A DNA stretch of 64,000 nucleotides from Macrostomum lignano (lineage: Eukaryota). The first letter of the stretch is position 1. Every line of letters begins with the position of its first letter. Under the pieces are notes generated by a model. That model searched no databases. It was given only the letters and a program-made list of their open reading frames with translations, and had not been told where the DNA came from. The translations under genes were made by a program, and so were the position numbers. The stretch covers positions 1-64,000 of the forward strand of contig NIVC01001364.1 of assembly GCA_002269645.1 (NCBI GenBank), given 5' to 3'. Shown in pieces: positions 37,410-49,080 of this stretch.

Positions 37410-38175
37410 TGTAGTGAGCCGCTAGTTTATGGTTAGGCGTCGCCCTTGTCAGCCGTTCCCTTGCCCTCCCTTTGGGTTGCTGTCTGCCGCTGGTCAGCTT
37501 CCCGCCCTCCTTTCGCTTGCCTGTTGCCCCCGTGTCCTTTCCGCCCTGCTGCGTTTCCGTTCTCAGCCCTCAGTCTCTCGACTGTGGGCTGTCTCTGTTT
37601 CGCTTCTGTCCTGTTTTCCTCTGTCATGTGAGCAAGTCACATGACAGTTCTTGCGTTCTTTGAGTCTTAAAGTGCAGTAAACATGTTTACTGCACTCGCT
37701 GCCCCTGTTTACCGGGTGAGTCACGTGCTTTCGGACCCCTCCCTTCTCTAAGGAGAGGAGTGACTCATGTTGCTAAAAATAGCAACTGAGTCACAGCTGC
37801 GTGTACTCTGGCCGGGGCCTCAAGTGACGTCAGTTCTAAAAATAGAACAAGTCACGAGGTCTTCCGCACGCTTGTACCCTGCCCAAGACTCTCGAGTGAC
37901 GTCAGTTCTAAAAATAGAACAAGTCACGAGGTCTTGTGCGCGGGTGTTTCCCGGCTATAAATAGGAGCTCTCTCCCCCTTGTTTCCGTCAAGGAGTTCTT
38001 GAATCCCGAGTTCTAAGACCCGTGTGCGTTAGCATCTGAACTGAGCGCCCGACTGAGCGCCCTGAATCTACAACGCCGGCGGCAATTCAAACAAGGAATC
38101 CGCCCCACCTCACTGGTGTCAGCAAATTTTCGAAACCGAGAGTTTCCAAGAGAATTCTTTTCCACCCCCACCTCA
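37410..38175 (+). mobile_element. 5' LTR of Ty3/Gypsy provirus
   Basis: TGTAGTGA...CCTCA; homologous to the solo LTR at 28368; TATA at 37956; followed by the PBS. Confidence 0.88.
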
Positions 38176-38176
38176 T

Positions 38177-38199
38177 TGGTGTCAGCCAAGTGGGATTAC
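38177..38199 (+). promoter_or_regulatory. Primer binding site, tRNA-Leu-like
   Basis: TGGTGTCAG(CC)AAGTGGGATT resembles the complement of the metazoan tRNA-Leu(CAG/CAA) 3' end TGGTGTCAGAAGTGGGATT (recalled; host tRNA not checked). Confidence 0.7.
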
Positions 38200-38242
38200 G
38201 AAACGCCGAAATCCCTTCAATGGGTCGTTTAAAATTTACGTT

Positions 38243-39547
38243 ATGGCTTCGACAACTAACTCAACGGCCTCGGATGCGACAACCGACACTGCGGGCCCCG
38301 ACAACTCAACTACTAGGCCGACCGACGACGAGATGATTCGAGCAGTGACCGAAGAGGTGAGACGGCGACTGGAGCAGGCCAACTTGGGACAGCCACAGCA
38401 CCATCACCACGTGTATCAGCCGCCCCAACAGCCTGACCGAGCTCTAGCGCCTAAACCGGTTAAGATTCAGCGGTACACCCCGAACCAGGACTTTGACGTC
38501 TGGATCCAGGCTCTCGAGGAGCGTTGCAAACTCAACGGGATCGTGGACGACAGACGTAAGAAGGCGGAAGTCTTGCTGGAGTACCGTGAGCAATTCCGGT
38601 GCTGCCAGCAAGGCAAGAATGAGAGTGTGGATGACTATGGCAATCGATTAATTGCTCTGGCCGATAGAGCGTTCCCACACTTCACCCTGGTTTAGAAGCA
38701 GGCTAAGCTAGTGGACCAGTTCACCGTGGGAGTGCAAATTGCCCAGTCAGCGAGAGAACAGCTAATCCTGGTGCGACCGCAGAATCTGACCGCAGCAAGA
38801 AGGGCTGTGCTACGCCTGGAGACAGCAGCTAGTCTGGCTCAGAGGGTAGCACCGCCGCCAGCAGCGAGACATGTTCGGGTTCTTGAGGATGACGATGGTC
38901 AGTCACCAACTGGAGTGCAACACGACAAGTCATCTGGGCCCAAGGAGAATTAGTTGCGCAAAGTGATGGAACAGCAAACTGAGACACTACAAGAGCAGCG
39001 ACGTCTACTAGAAGCTTTGAGCAATGAGCTACGAGAGTTCCACTTGCTGGGATTGCGCAATAACGACACCCAGGAGCATTGGGAATCTGCTTGCCACCAG
39101 CCGCAGGACTCTTGGGGCCAACGCAACAGATGTTTGGTGCCCTCGACTCCTCGCCGCAGTGCCGAGGAGAGCGCCCAATTCAAGACACCCGGCACACGGA
39201 TTGTGCAGCACGAGCAGTTCCATTGACTTCAGCAACCACGAGACGGCAGCAACCCGCCGCCAAGGATGCCGCCAGCAGGAGGTCAATGTCGACAGCAGCA
39301 GCAGCAGCAGCCGCAGTGGCAGCAACAGTCGAGTTCACGCCCGCCGCCCTATCAGCTGCGGCAACAGAGCGCTATGTGTTACAGGTGCAATCGCGAGCAC
39401 CGCGCCGATGAGTGCCCGCACCGGCGGTCGGCCAGCACCGCGCCCCAGCGCAATGGCAGCTCGGGAAACGAGATGGCTGGACGCGCCAACGGGGGCAGCG
39501 CCATCCAGCAGCCGAGCCAGCACTAAGGTCCCCGCCGAGGACTTTAG
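38243..39547 (+). pseudogene. Gypsy gag with in-frame nonsense codons
   Basis: ORF pieces 38243, 38711, 38954 and 39266 share one frame; QGKNESVDDYGNRL capsid-type motif; CYRCNREHRADEC knuckle. Confidence 0.85.
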
Positions 39548-39599
39548 TCGCTCAGCAGGCCACTGCTGAGACCGCCTCCACTGCACCTGTACAGAACTC

Positions 39600-42500
39600 T
39601 GCACCCAAGCGACCCCGTAGAGATCCGTTTCTAACTGGTGAGATTCAGGGTCGTTATTTTGCTTTTCTGCTTGACACCGGCTCCAAGTGCGAAGTCCTAG
39701 GATTCAGCACCTGGCACCGACTTTGTACCAATGACCCGACCCTGCGTGGCCAAATCGAGCCCTGCCTGCAACGCATTGTGACCTACAATGGAGAGCCTAT
39801 TCAAATGGCAGGCCAACTATCAATCAAAGTTAAAATTGGAAGTTTCGAGCCTACAGTCAAGTTTCTGCTAGCGAAGGGATCTCATGACAACATCCTGGGC
39901 TTCGAGTTCCTGGAGAAGTACAGTACATCACTGGATCTCGCCGCCGGGATGCTGTTTTTCAAAGATGGCACTGCCGCACCACTGCGCTATACGCGAACCG
40001 AAGCTACCACGTGCAGAATCTACACGGCTGAGAGCACAACCGTGCCGAGAGTACAACTTAAAAGTTTCATCTGCACGTGCGCTTACTATGCTAAATTCGT
40101 ACCTGGCTACGCAGAACTTTCAGCTCCACTCCACGACTTAATTAAGGAAAAGAAGATTAGAAATTTCAATTGTCTATGGGGAAAAGCCCAGCAAGACACA
40201 TTCGATCAGCTCAAAGCAGCTATGACTTCGACAACAGTGCTCGCGTATCCGCAGTTCAGCGAGGATCCTAACGTAATGTTTGTCCTGGACACGGATGCCT
40301 CTGCGACCAGAATCGGAGCCTGTCTAAGCCAACGCCAAGCTGACGGGATCGAGCGCCCAATTGGCTATTTCTCCCGGCGACTCAAACCGGCTGAAGCGCG
40401 ATATCCAATTACTAAGCAAGAACTCTTGGCAGTCGTAGATGGCATGCGACATTTCCGCTTCTACCTGCTGGCCAAGAAGTTCATTTGTCGAACCGACCAT
40501 GCAGCGTTGACCTGGATTCTCCAGCGAACTCAACAAATAGGCATCTTCGGACAATGGCTATAGTGGCTAAGTGAATTTGAGTTCGAGATCCAGCATTGCA
40601 AATCGAGTCAGCATCAAAACGCCGACGGTCTCTCGAGACGGCACGAGGACGACGCCGAATGCTTGGAGGAGGCTTAGCGCGAGGCAGCTGATGAGGACCA
40701 AAGTAAGCAGCCAGCCGCGATAACTGGCGCAGCGGCGCCGAAGGTCCACGACAGCAGCCACCCTAGTCCTCCACCGAGCAAGAAGCTGTCGACCCACCAT
40801 AAGCGACAGAAACCGCCAACTAAGCCTAAGGAGTCCAATGGCGAGGCTACGCCACTAGCAACACTGACAGCCGACAGCAAGCCACTGACAGAGCTGCACC
40901 CGCCGGCGACGAAGCCGAGGCCATCAGCCAGCCGTTACGATGACTCACAGAGGTCGCCTACCAGTTTCAGTAGCACAACATGTTGCCCGACTAGGAGCCG
41001 CCGACTACTAGCTGGAGACGACATGGACAGCGACCACAGCGCAGCCAGAGACGACAGCTGCCAACCCGCTCGCTGCCTGAAGTTCGAGAAAAGAGTGAGA
41101 TTCAGCAGTGGCGCGGACAGCTCTGCTGACTCATCATCATCTGCTGACAAATCTGAATCCGACAACAGTGACACCAAAGCTACCAACGAGGATCGACCTT
41201 CGGGCACATCAACGACCCGGCAACCGGCCAGAGTAGCGATCGTGCGGAGGGAGCTCCAGACCCCGAACCATGCCGCCACAGCCGAAGCCGCGCCGACTAA
41301 TTTGACTAACCGATGCCCAACACTGAATCTAACTGATCACATCCCGAGGCCAGTCACACGTGAGGAGCTCCAGACTCACCAGCGTGCTGACTCTGCCATC
41401 GCCATGATGATCAATCTTTTGGAAAGCCGACAGCTGAAGCCGCCATTGAATCAGCGATTAAATATGACACGAGACGAACGAAATCTATTAGCGTTCTACG
41501 AACAGCTCGAAGTCCGAGACGACGGACTACTGGTGATACATCTCGACGATGTTGGCGAGGAAGAAACGGCACGGATCGTCCTGCCGAAGAGTCTCGACGC
41601 CACGGTGTTCGCTGACCTCCACGGTTCGCCCTACTGCGAACACATGGGCCGAGACCTCACCATCGCGAAGGTGCACGAAAGGTTCTGGCGACCTGCCCTG
41701 GCCAAGGCAGTGTCCGACTATGTTGCTTCCTGCCAGACCTGCACTCAAAGCAAAGGACGGTGACAAATTCCGGCGCATGTACAGTCGTTTCCGGTCTGCG
41801 AAATCTATGGGCGATGTGCAATCGACATCCTGGGCCCCACTGGAGACCCGACGGACCGAGGAAACAAGTACATCTTGACCTACGTCGATACTACATCGAA
41901 ATACCCCTTTGCCTTTGCCATGAAGAATCAGCGGGCCAAGACCATTATAACGCTCCTGCAGGAACAAGTGTTTCCGATCACCGGAATCCCGGCATGGATT
42001 CACTCCGATCAAGGGAAACAGTTTACAGGACACGAGTTCCGGCATTTCTGTGAAGTATACGGCATCCGGCAGACCACGACACCGCCGTATTTGCCCTGGG
42101 CCAACGGACAAGCTGAGTCGTGCAATAAGAACATCAAGAAGGTGCTCACTTGTCTCCTAGAAGACCATCAGCAATGGGACAAGATGCTGCCAGCCGCTTT
42201 GACAGCGTTAAGATCAGCAGTCAATCGTACCACCGGGTTCTCGCCGCATTATGTCATCTACGGAGTGCCCTACCAGTATCCGATCGATAACACCCTAGAC
42301 CGACTGGATGTTTCAGCTGATCTCCCGGAGTACATCGCCAAGCATCAGCGCAGACTGGCCGAGACACAGAGGATTGTACGACAACGCCTGCGAGCCAAGA
42401 TCCAGCGCCGAGAGGAGTAGTACGAGAACGGGCCAAAGCCCGTGGAGCTGCAGCCCGGAGACTTGGTCTGCCTGGCCAACCCGAAGCTCAAACTGGGAGA

Positions 42501-42888
42501 GCTGCCCAAGTTCCACCGGCCGTACAAAAGTATGTACAAGGTCGTCAAGAAAGTCGGAGAAGTGGTGTATTGGATCAAGCCAGCGACAGCCTACCGAGGA
42601 CGCCCAGCTGAAATGCTAGTTCATCGTAACAACATCATCAAGGTGCCGCAGATGATGGCAGATCGACCACAGGAGCCGCCTTGCCAGACAGAGCGGCCAA
42701 TGCTGCCCTATGAGTCAAGCGAAGACAGCGAAGTCGACCCAGCCAATCAGCCTGCGCCAGAGCAGCCAGCCACAGCTCAACCTGACCTGCGAGGCAGTCA
42801 GCTGTTCGAGCCCAGCTTGCGCCACCCTGAGGTGCTCGCTGAAGGCGACCCGAACCTGCCTGACATCGGCATGGAGATGGAGCTCTAA
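39600..42888 (+). pseudogene. Gypsy pol: protease, RNase H and integrase; RT core missing
   Basis: FLLDTGS protease; QLKSF...YYAKFVPGYA thumb; VLDTDAS...QELLAV...RTDHAAL...NADGLSR RNase H; H..H..C..C zinc domain; AIDILGP, HSDQG, QAESCN (DDE). One frame with four internal stops. Confidence 0.92.
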
Positions 42889-43059
42889 AAGGTAATTACC
42901 AGCGATTTATTATTGCACCTAATAGCTAAATTACCGATGCGCATTACTATGAGTAGCTAAGTTTGTGAACGCGTTCTGAATTAAAATTTTGCTGTAAGCT
43001 TTCTCTGCACCTGTTCTGTGCTGAAAGCAGATTTTCAATTTTCCCCATTCAATTTTCTG

Positions 43060-43410
43060 TTTCCTTATGCTTTCGAGATAAAAGCAGGCGTCAAATTTGC
43101 TGTAATTTTCTGTTTCCTTATGCTTGAGGGATAAAAGCAACTAATTTTTCTGTCCGTTTCCTTATGCTTGATGGCAAAAGCAGTGTTTCTCAATGTACTT
43201 TCCTTATGCTTGAGGGATAAAAGCAACTAATTTTTCTGTCCATTTCCTTATGCTTGATAGCAAAAGCAGTGTTTCTCAATGTACTTTCCTTATGCTTGAG
43301 GGCAAAAGTAACTAATTTTCTGTCCGTTTCCTTATGCTTGATAGCAAAAGCAGTGTTTCTCAATGTACTTTCCTTATGCTTGAGGGCAAAAGCAACTAAT
43401 TTTTCCATTT
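43060..43410. repeat. ~86-bp dimeric tandem repeat (two TTCCTTATGCTTGA subunits)
   Basis: Starts at 43114, 43200, 43286, 43370. Confidence 0.85.
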
Positions 43411-45287
43411 CTGCTCCTTACGCTTTCCGGTCAAAAGCATTTGTACATTGTGCTCATGCTCAATTGGTGCCCATATTTATTCAACGCGACCCGCACTTCT
43501 GTGTACTGATATTTAGCCTTAGGCTTGATGAAAAGCCAGCACCTACGCGACAATTATTTATCCGCATGCGATTCATTAATTTTGCTCAATTGCGTGTCAT
43601 TAACTTTGCGAAGTTTATTTCAGTTGTAAACCTTGCAGCCCTTGCTGATGGCTGAAGGTATCTTTTAATTTTTGCAAGCTAATGTTGCTCTGGTGCCCCA
43701 GTTGTTTGCCCTGCTCAGGTCAAGCCACCCTGGCTCTAGGCCTTGTCCTCAGCGGAGGGCATCTGAGGTAAACTGGCCCCCATTTTTTCTTTGTTCTGAC
43801 CAAGCCGAGCCTGGGAAAATTTGTGAGCGCCTGTCCAGCCCTTTCCCAATGCCTTTTGCCTTTGTGTAACTCCTTATGGAGATCTTAGTTAACTCAGTCA
43901 CTATGCCTGTATCTATCTGCTATCCTAAATTTTAGGAACTACTTATGTTTTCTTACTATTATTCTAACTACTGTTTATGCGATTATTCAGCCCTCCCTCT
44001 CTCTAACCGCAAACCTGTTATGTGAGCCGTGTGAGGTGCCCCCATTCATTCATTCTGATTTTGGGACCCCTGCCGCGCGGTTATCTATTTTATGACTCCT
44101 TGATTCATGCGCCCACCCCAACTCTGTGTGCCACCTTAGAGTGCACGAGGGATGATGGCCCAATTCCAGTGGTTGAATTTTATTTCCTCTGGTTGGTTTG
44201 AAATTCCACCAGTTGGAATATTTGGCGCCCTATTTAAGGAGCCATCTCCAATTTTTATTTTTTTCCAATTCTGTTGATCCGACCTGCCATCTAGAGAATT
44301 TGTTAAAAACCGCATTGTGCTCCGCCACTTCGACTATGGCAAGTCATTGGTCCAATAACTCAAACGGTTCCCTGGAGGTGCCAACAGCCGCACCCTAGCT
44401 CTCCACTAGAGAAGCCGACACCTTGCAGGCCTTGACTAATGCCCCGAATGGCGCGACCCCGGCCCGTGAGCAGCTTTGCTGTGCGCTCGAGGAAGCCTAT
44501 TGCCAGGTAGCAGACAAGGGCCGCGTACAGGTCGACGCTCCATGGCGGTCCTTGACTGACATCATTTTTTAATTTTTGCTCCCTTGTTTGTTCCCCTGGT
44601 TGTCCCCACCTTTGCTCCCTCGTCTGTTCCTTTTTCTGTTCCCTCCCTTGACCCCTGTTGTTTTAGTGTTTCCAGTGGCTGGGTTTTTTTGTTTCCCATT
44701 GCTGTCCCTTCCCTTGTCCTATCCTCTGTCCCACCCCTAGGATCCCCCACACTAATTTTATATATTTACGTTGACTTTGGAGTCTCTAATTCTCACCTCC
44801 CCTGTTGGTTGTTTGTTAGTTTGTTCAGTTTTTTTGTTTCCGGTCTTTGCTCATTTATCTTGCGTAGCTTTAATAATTAATGGTAATAATAATAACGAAA
44901 TTATAATTAGTTTGCAAATATCAATAATATTTATTCAGTTGTTCAGAATCGAAGCCTTTAGTTTTCTTTTGAGTCATTTGCCTGTGGGGCATAAAATAAC
45001 CAGTCAGTCTCAACTCAAAGAAAGCTCTGAGACCCTCAATGTTCCGTAAAACGACATTTATGATGGTGGCAGCGCTACTTTACTACTGAGAGTAACACAA
45101 CTAGCAATCTTGACGAATTACGAGTTTACGGTGTCTGAGGACCCATTCTGAATGACTCGGGCTGCTACTAGACCACTCGACTGCGATTACGACTACCCTC
45201 CCCCCGGAATTGAGGACCCGGCAAATGGAGTAACCAAGGAGAAGAATCAGCGCATCAATTTGTACATTTTCCGGCTTTATTTGTGCT

Positions 45288-45396
45288 TCTACAATGCCGG
45301 CGGCAATTCAAACGAGGAATCTGCCCCACCTCACTGGTGTCAGCAAATTTTCGAAACCGAGAGTTTCCAAGAGAATTCTTCTCTACCCCCACCTCA
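45288..45396 (+). mobile_element. 109-bp copy of the 3' end (U5) of the Gypsy 5' LTR
   Basis: Near-identical to 38067-38175 and ends at the same CCCCACCTCA; no PBS after it; upstream sequence does not match the LTR U3. Confidence 0.85.
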
Positions 45397-47605
45397 GTTA
45401 TATCCTTAGAGATTTTGTTTATTAAAGTAAAAGTATAATTCATAGTTAATTAAATATATTCAAACTAAGTTGAAACTTTCAAGGCCAAATATATATCATT
45501 TCACTAGCTAATGATCTATACAAAACTATTATATAGAATATTATCTAGTTACTATGCTTTTCCTATAGTTTTTAACTTTTTAGCTTTCTTAGCAACCAGA
45601 AATAATTTGTCTAAGCCTAGTATATAATATAATATCAACATAGATTATTATATAATAGAATATTCAGATGCAACTGCTAGTGGTAGCCAACCTAGCCAAT
45701 TTGGCTATTATAAATTATGGAAAAAAAAGTTAATGACTTATTTTATTGTTTTGACTTTATTATTAGATGATAAAATTTAAAAATAATGAAAATGTTTTAC
45801 TTTGCTGATTTAGGAAGGTCACAAAATTATAGGGCCTATATTTTATTTTCAATCAAAACTGCCTAGGCCTACCTAAAAATTATGACTTGCAAAAAATCCT
45901 CTAAGACCTCCAAAAATAGGATATAGTCTAATAAATAAATCCCACACTAAAATAGGACCAAATTTATAGTCAAAGTCAAAGTCAAATCACTAATACTAAA
46001 AAGTAAAAAAACTACACATAGACCCTACTTGACTTTGAAAGACAATACAGAGACAGACACAGTTGAATACTTGAATATAACTATTTTTTAAAAATAAATA
46101 TAAAAACACTACAAAAAACATTAGAAAATGCGAAAAAATTTCCAAGCTCTCCATTTTTATTCTCTATATATTGACAGCAGTGCATCAAGATAGTCAGAAT
46201 TTGCTAAGAATAGCAGCAAGCCGAGGCCTGTGTCGTGTGCATCATCTTTGCAGCTGGATATTAGCCCCATCTACTAAGTATGATTTGTAGGCTTTCCATT
46301 TGATTCTATATCTTAACAGCACTGCTACAGGGCAAATTAGTTTTTTGGGCTGAAAATGATAATCTCCTATCTCCGTAATGTTACTCCGCAATCTTGTATT
46401 TTTTTGCTAAAACCGGCCTCAATTAACCTTTTTCTAAAAAATATAGTTTACCGTCCTTCCACTTGAATATTTATTAGCTATATCAATTAAAGATCAAACC
46501 TGTGCTTTAGTGTTTGTACTGAATACTTATCTTCAGTTCGCTTTTCCTACCCTACTCGTGCAATTACCTACTATATACTGTATTATGGAAAAATTTTGTT
46601 ATTCCGCCAATAAATTATAAGTTCATCAAGGCAAGGGCGGTGCTGGCCAGACTAATGCGTCGCAGTAATTACTTATGTTGACTGAGTTCATGATACAGTT
46701 TAACGCTACAGGAAACGTTTTGACTGCTGATAGAAACCACACTTCTCCAAAAAGGTCCATATTTAATTCTTATGCATGACGCATACACCACTGTATATGT
46801 GGTCCTTGGTATACACTTCAAGGCAAGCAACAACGTAATAAGTCGTCCTTGGTGAAATTAGCAGTTCATTTTACACTTGCTAACTCCAGGACATGGATTA
46901 AAAAAGTCACAAGATGCCATAGAAGCTGCTGACAAAAAAACGAAGTAGCCGATCAATCGGAAAAATGCTCATAAATTGGTCTCATTGTTAACCTATGACT
47001 AACTATTTAATGTTAATTCATAATGTAAATTTAGTTTAGGTTAGTAAATAAAGCACATTCAGTCAAATGGTAAAATGATATTGCACGCACTGTAGACTGA
47101 CATAATCGATCAATAAAAATCGATAGTTTTCTCATTATTCAGTCCGATGGCCAGAGAGCCGCGAAAATATTAATTTAAATTTATTTTTTGATGTTAGATA
47201 TTTCTTATCCACAATCGAAGCATGCCTGAGCAGCAATAACACATTAACTTTTTGAAAGCAACACAACGATCCACATCCAATTAAATTATGATTATTAGCT
47301 ATTATAATTCGGGCAGACTAAAATATAGAAAAAGTAAAAAAGACGATGTTCGACGACGTCACACTCAATCGAGTGCTTTTAGAAAGGGAAAAAGGGCAAG
47401 GTTATTTAAAACTACGCTCCAGAAAAGTTTGGAGAAAATTGTCTTTAGATAAACAAACGGCATGAGAATTGCGGATTGTGTTGAAGAGGGTTAGGGTTCC
47501 GACAGAAATGACTTTAAAGGGCTGGTAAGTGTGGCGGGGGTTAGAGCTTGTTTTTTTACTTGCATAGATGGACAATTCGCGTGAATGAAAATATCAGAGG
47601 AGCAG

Positions 47606-47617
47606 GTGTGTGTGTGT

Positions 47618-47656
<39 letters not shown>
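47606..47656. repeat. (GT)n microsatellite
   Basis: Directly visible. Confidence 0.95.
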
Positions 47657-47658
<2 letters not shown>

Positions 47659-49080
47659 GTCAATCAACAGGTAGATGTGACCTATAAAAGCAGTTTTCAA
47701 TTAAGTAGAGCTAATAGGTACAGCAGCCTGACAGAAGGTAAAATTTCAGATTGAGCTTGAAACAGGTGCATTTTAACTACCGGTAGGGTTTGTCAGAAAT
47801 GTTTCACTTCTTACTTACTGAGTAAACAGTTTGGGTTTTTTATCGAAGAGAAGCCAAAATCGCAATGAATGACGCAATATTTACAGCCGTCCCGCGCCAA
47901 TGGCAAGGTGGTGAGAGGGAGAGCAAGACGCACTGAATACCCCATGAAGGTGTCAAGTTTATGGAAACTTCAATTAGGCGCTACTGAACTACAGGCTAAA
48001 ACAGAAAAAGACAACTAATTAAAAACAGTTGGGACATGTCTAAGACGAATTAACAATTTCTACTCAAGGACGTCTTTATCACGCTTAAACATGTTTCTTT
48101 TGAACTGTTCTTTATGTAAATGAAGTTCGCATGACTTGGCCATGGGTAATGCTTCTAAAGGAGTCCCATACTTTTTATCATGACTTGCGAGTTTCCCGTC
48201 CTGAGTGATCAAGACGTCCTTGTTTCTATTTGTATATACGCGTGTTCTGCAGTTCCAGCCACAGGCCACCGAACTCCAGATGGGCCAGTTCGTTTTCTCT
48301 CACTTGAGCGTCTGGTTTTGTTTTGGGTTTTGTCTCAAGGACAACTCAAATTTAGAAGGCTGGTTTTACCGAAAAAGTACATTACGGACATAGGAGGTTT
48401 TTATTTTTCATTGCTTTCGATAGGAGGCAGACCCAATGCTCACCCTTTGATATTCAAAAAAAAATCATAAAACCAAGGAGTCGAGCTGTGCCATTTTTTA
48501 TGATTGTTAGGCACATGGCATGTAGGTAGGATATAAAACATAGAATCCTAAAGCTTTACGAGGATCAGGAGCAATAAGAAAGGCAGGACATATCAAAAGA
48601 TGAACACTGGGTCTGCCTCCTATCAAAAGCAACAACAAATTTTGTGCTGAAAAAATGAAAACCTCCTTTCTTCATCGTGTATTATTTCGGTAAAACCTGC
48701 TTCCTAAACATTCCAAGAATGAAGTTTCCAGTCCTTGTACTTGATTAGTCCTTGTTTTGTCTATGGTCAAAGCCGATAGGCCAGACTAAAGAACAGAAAA
48801 AACTTGTCTTTGGATTGCTTAGGTAGCAATTGGCCCATCTAGTGTGCTTGAGGCGGTCTGTGACCCCTGCTTAGTACTTCAAGTAAAATAGCGAGGAGGC
48901 CAGTGGGTGCAGACCTAACAGAACGGAGAAGGTCAGAGAGGGAAAGTGGTAGGTAAAGTATGAAAACAATCAAAATTTTTGTTGTTGCAAACAGGGTCTT
49001 CCATTCCATTTAAAAAAAGTAAAACCTCAGGTTCGGTCATCTTTTTAGTCAATCGGTGAGGGTCGCGCCGGCCTGGACTC

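Noticed and set aside
44224-44240. TGGCGCCC as a tRNA-Lys PBS
   Set aside because: Only 8 nt match and no LTR end directly upstream.
48060-48269. Short minus-strand ORF, possible TE fragment
   Set aside because: No motif I can assign.
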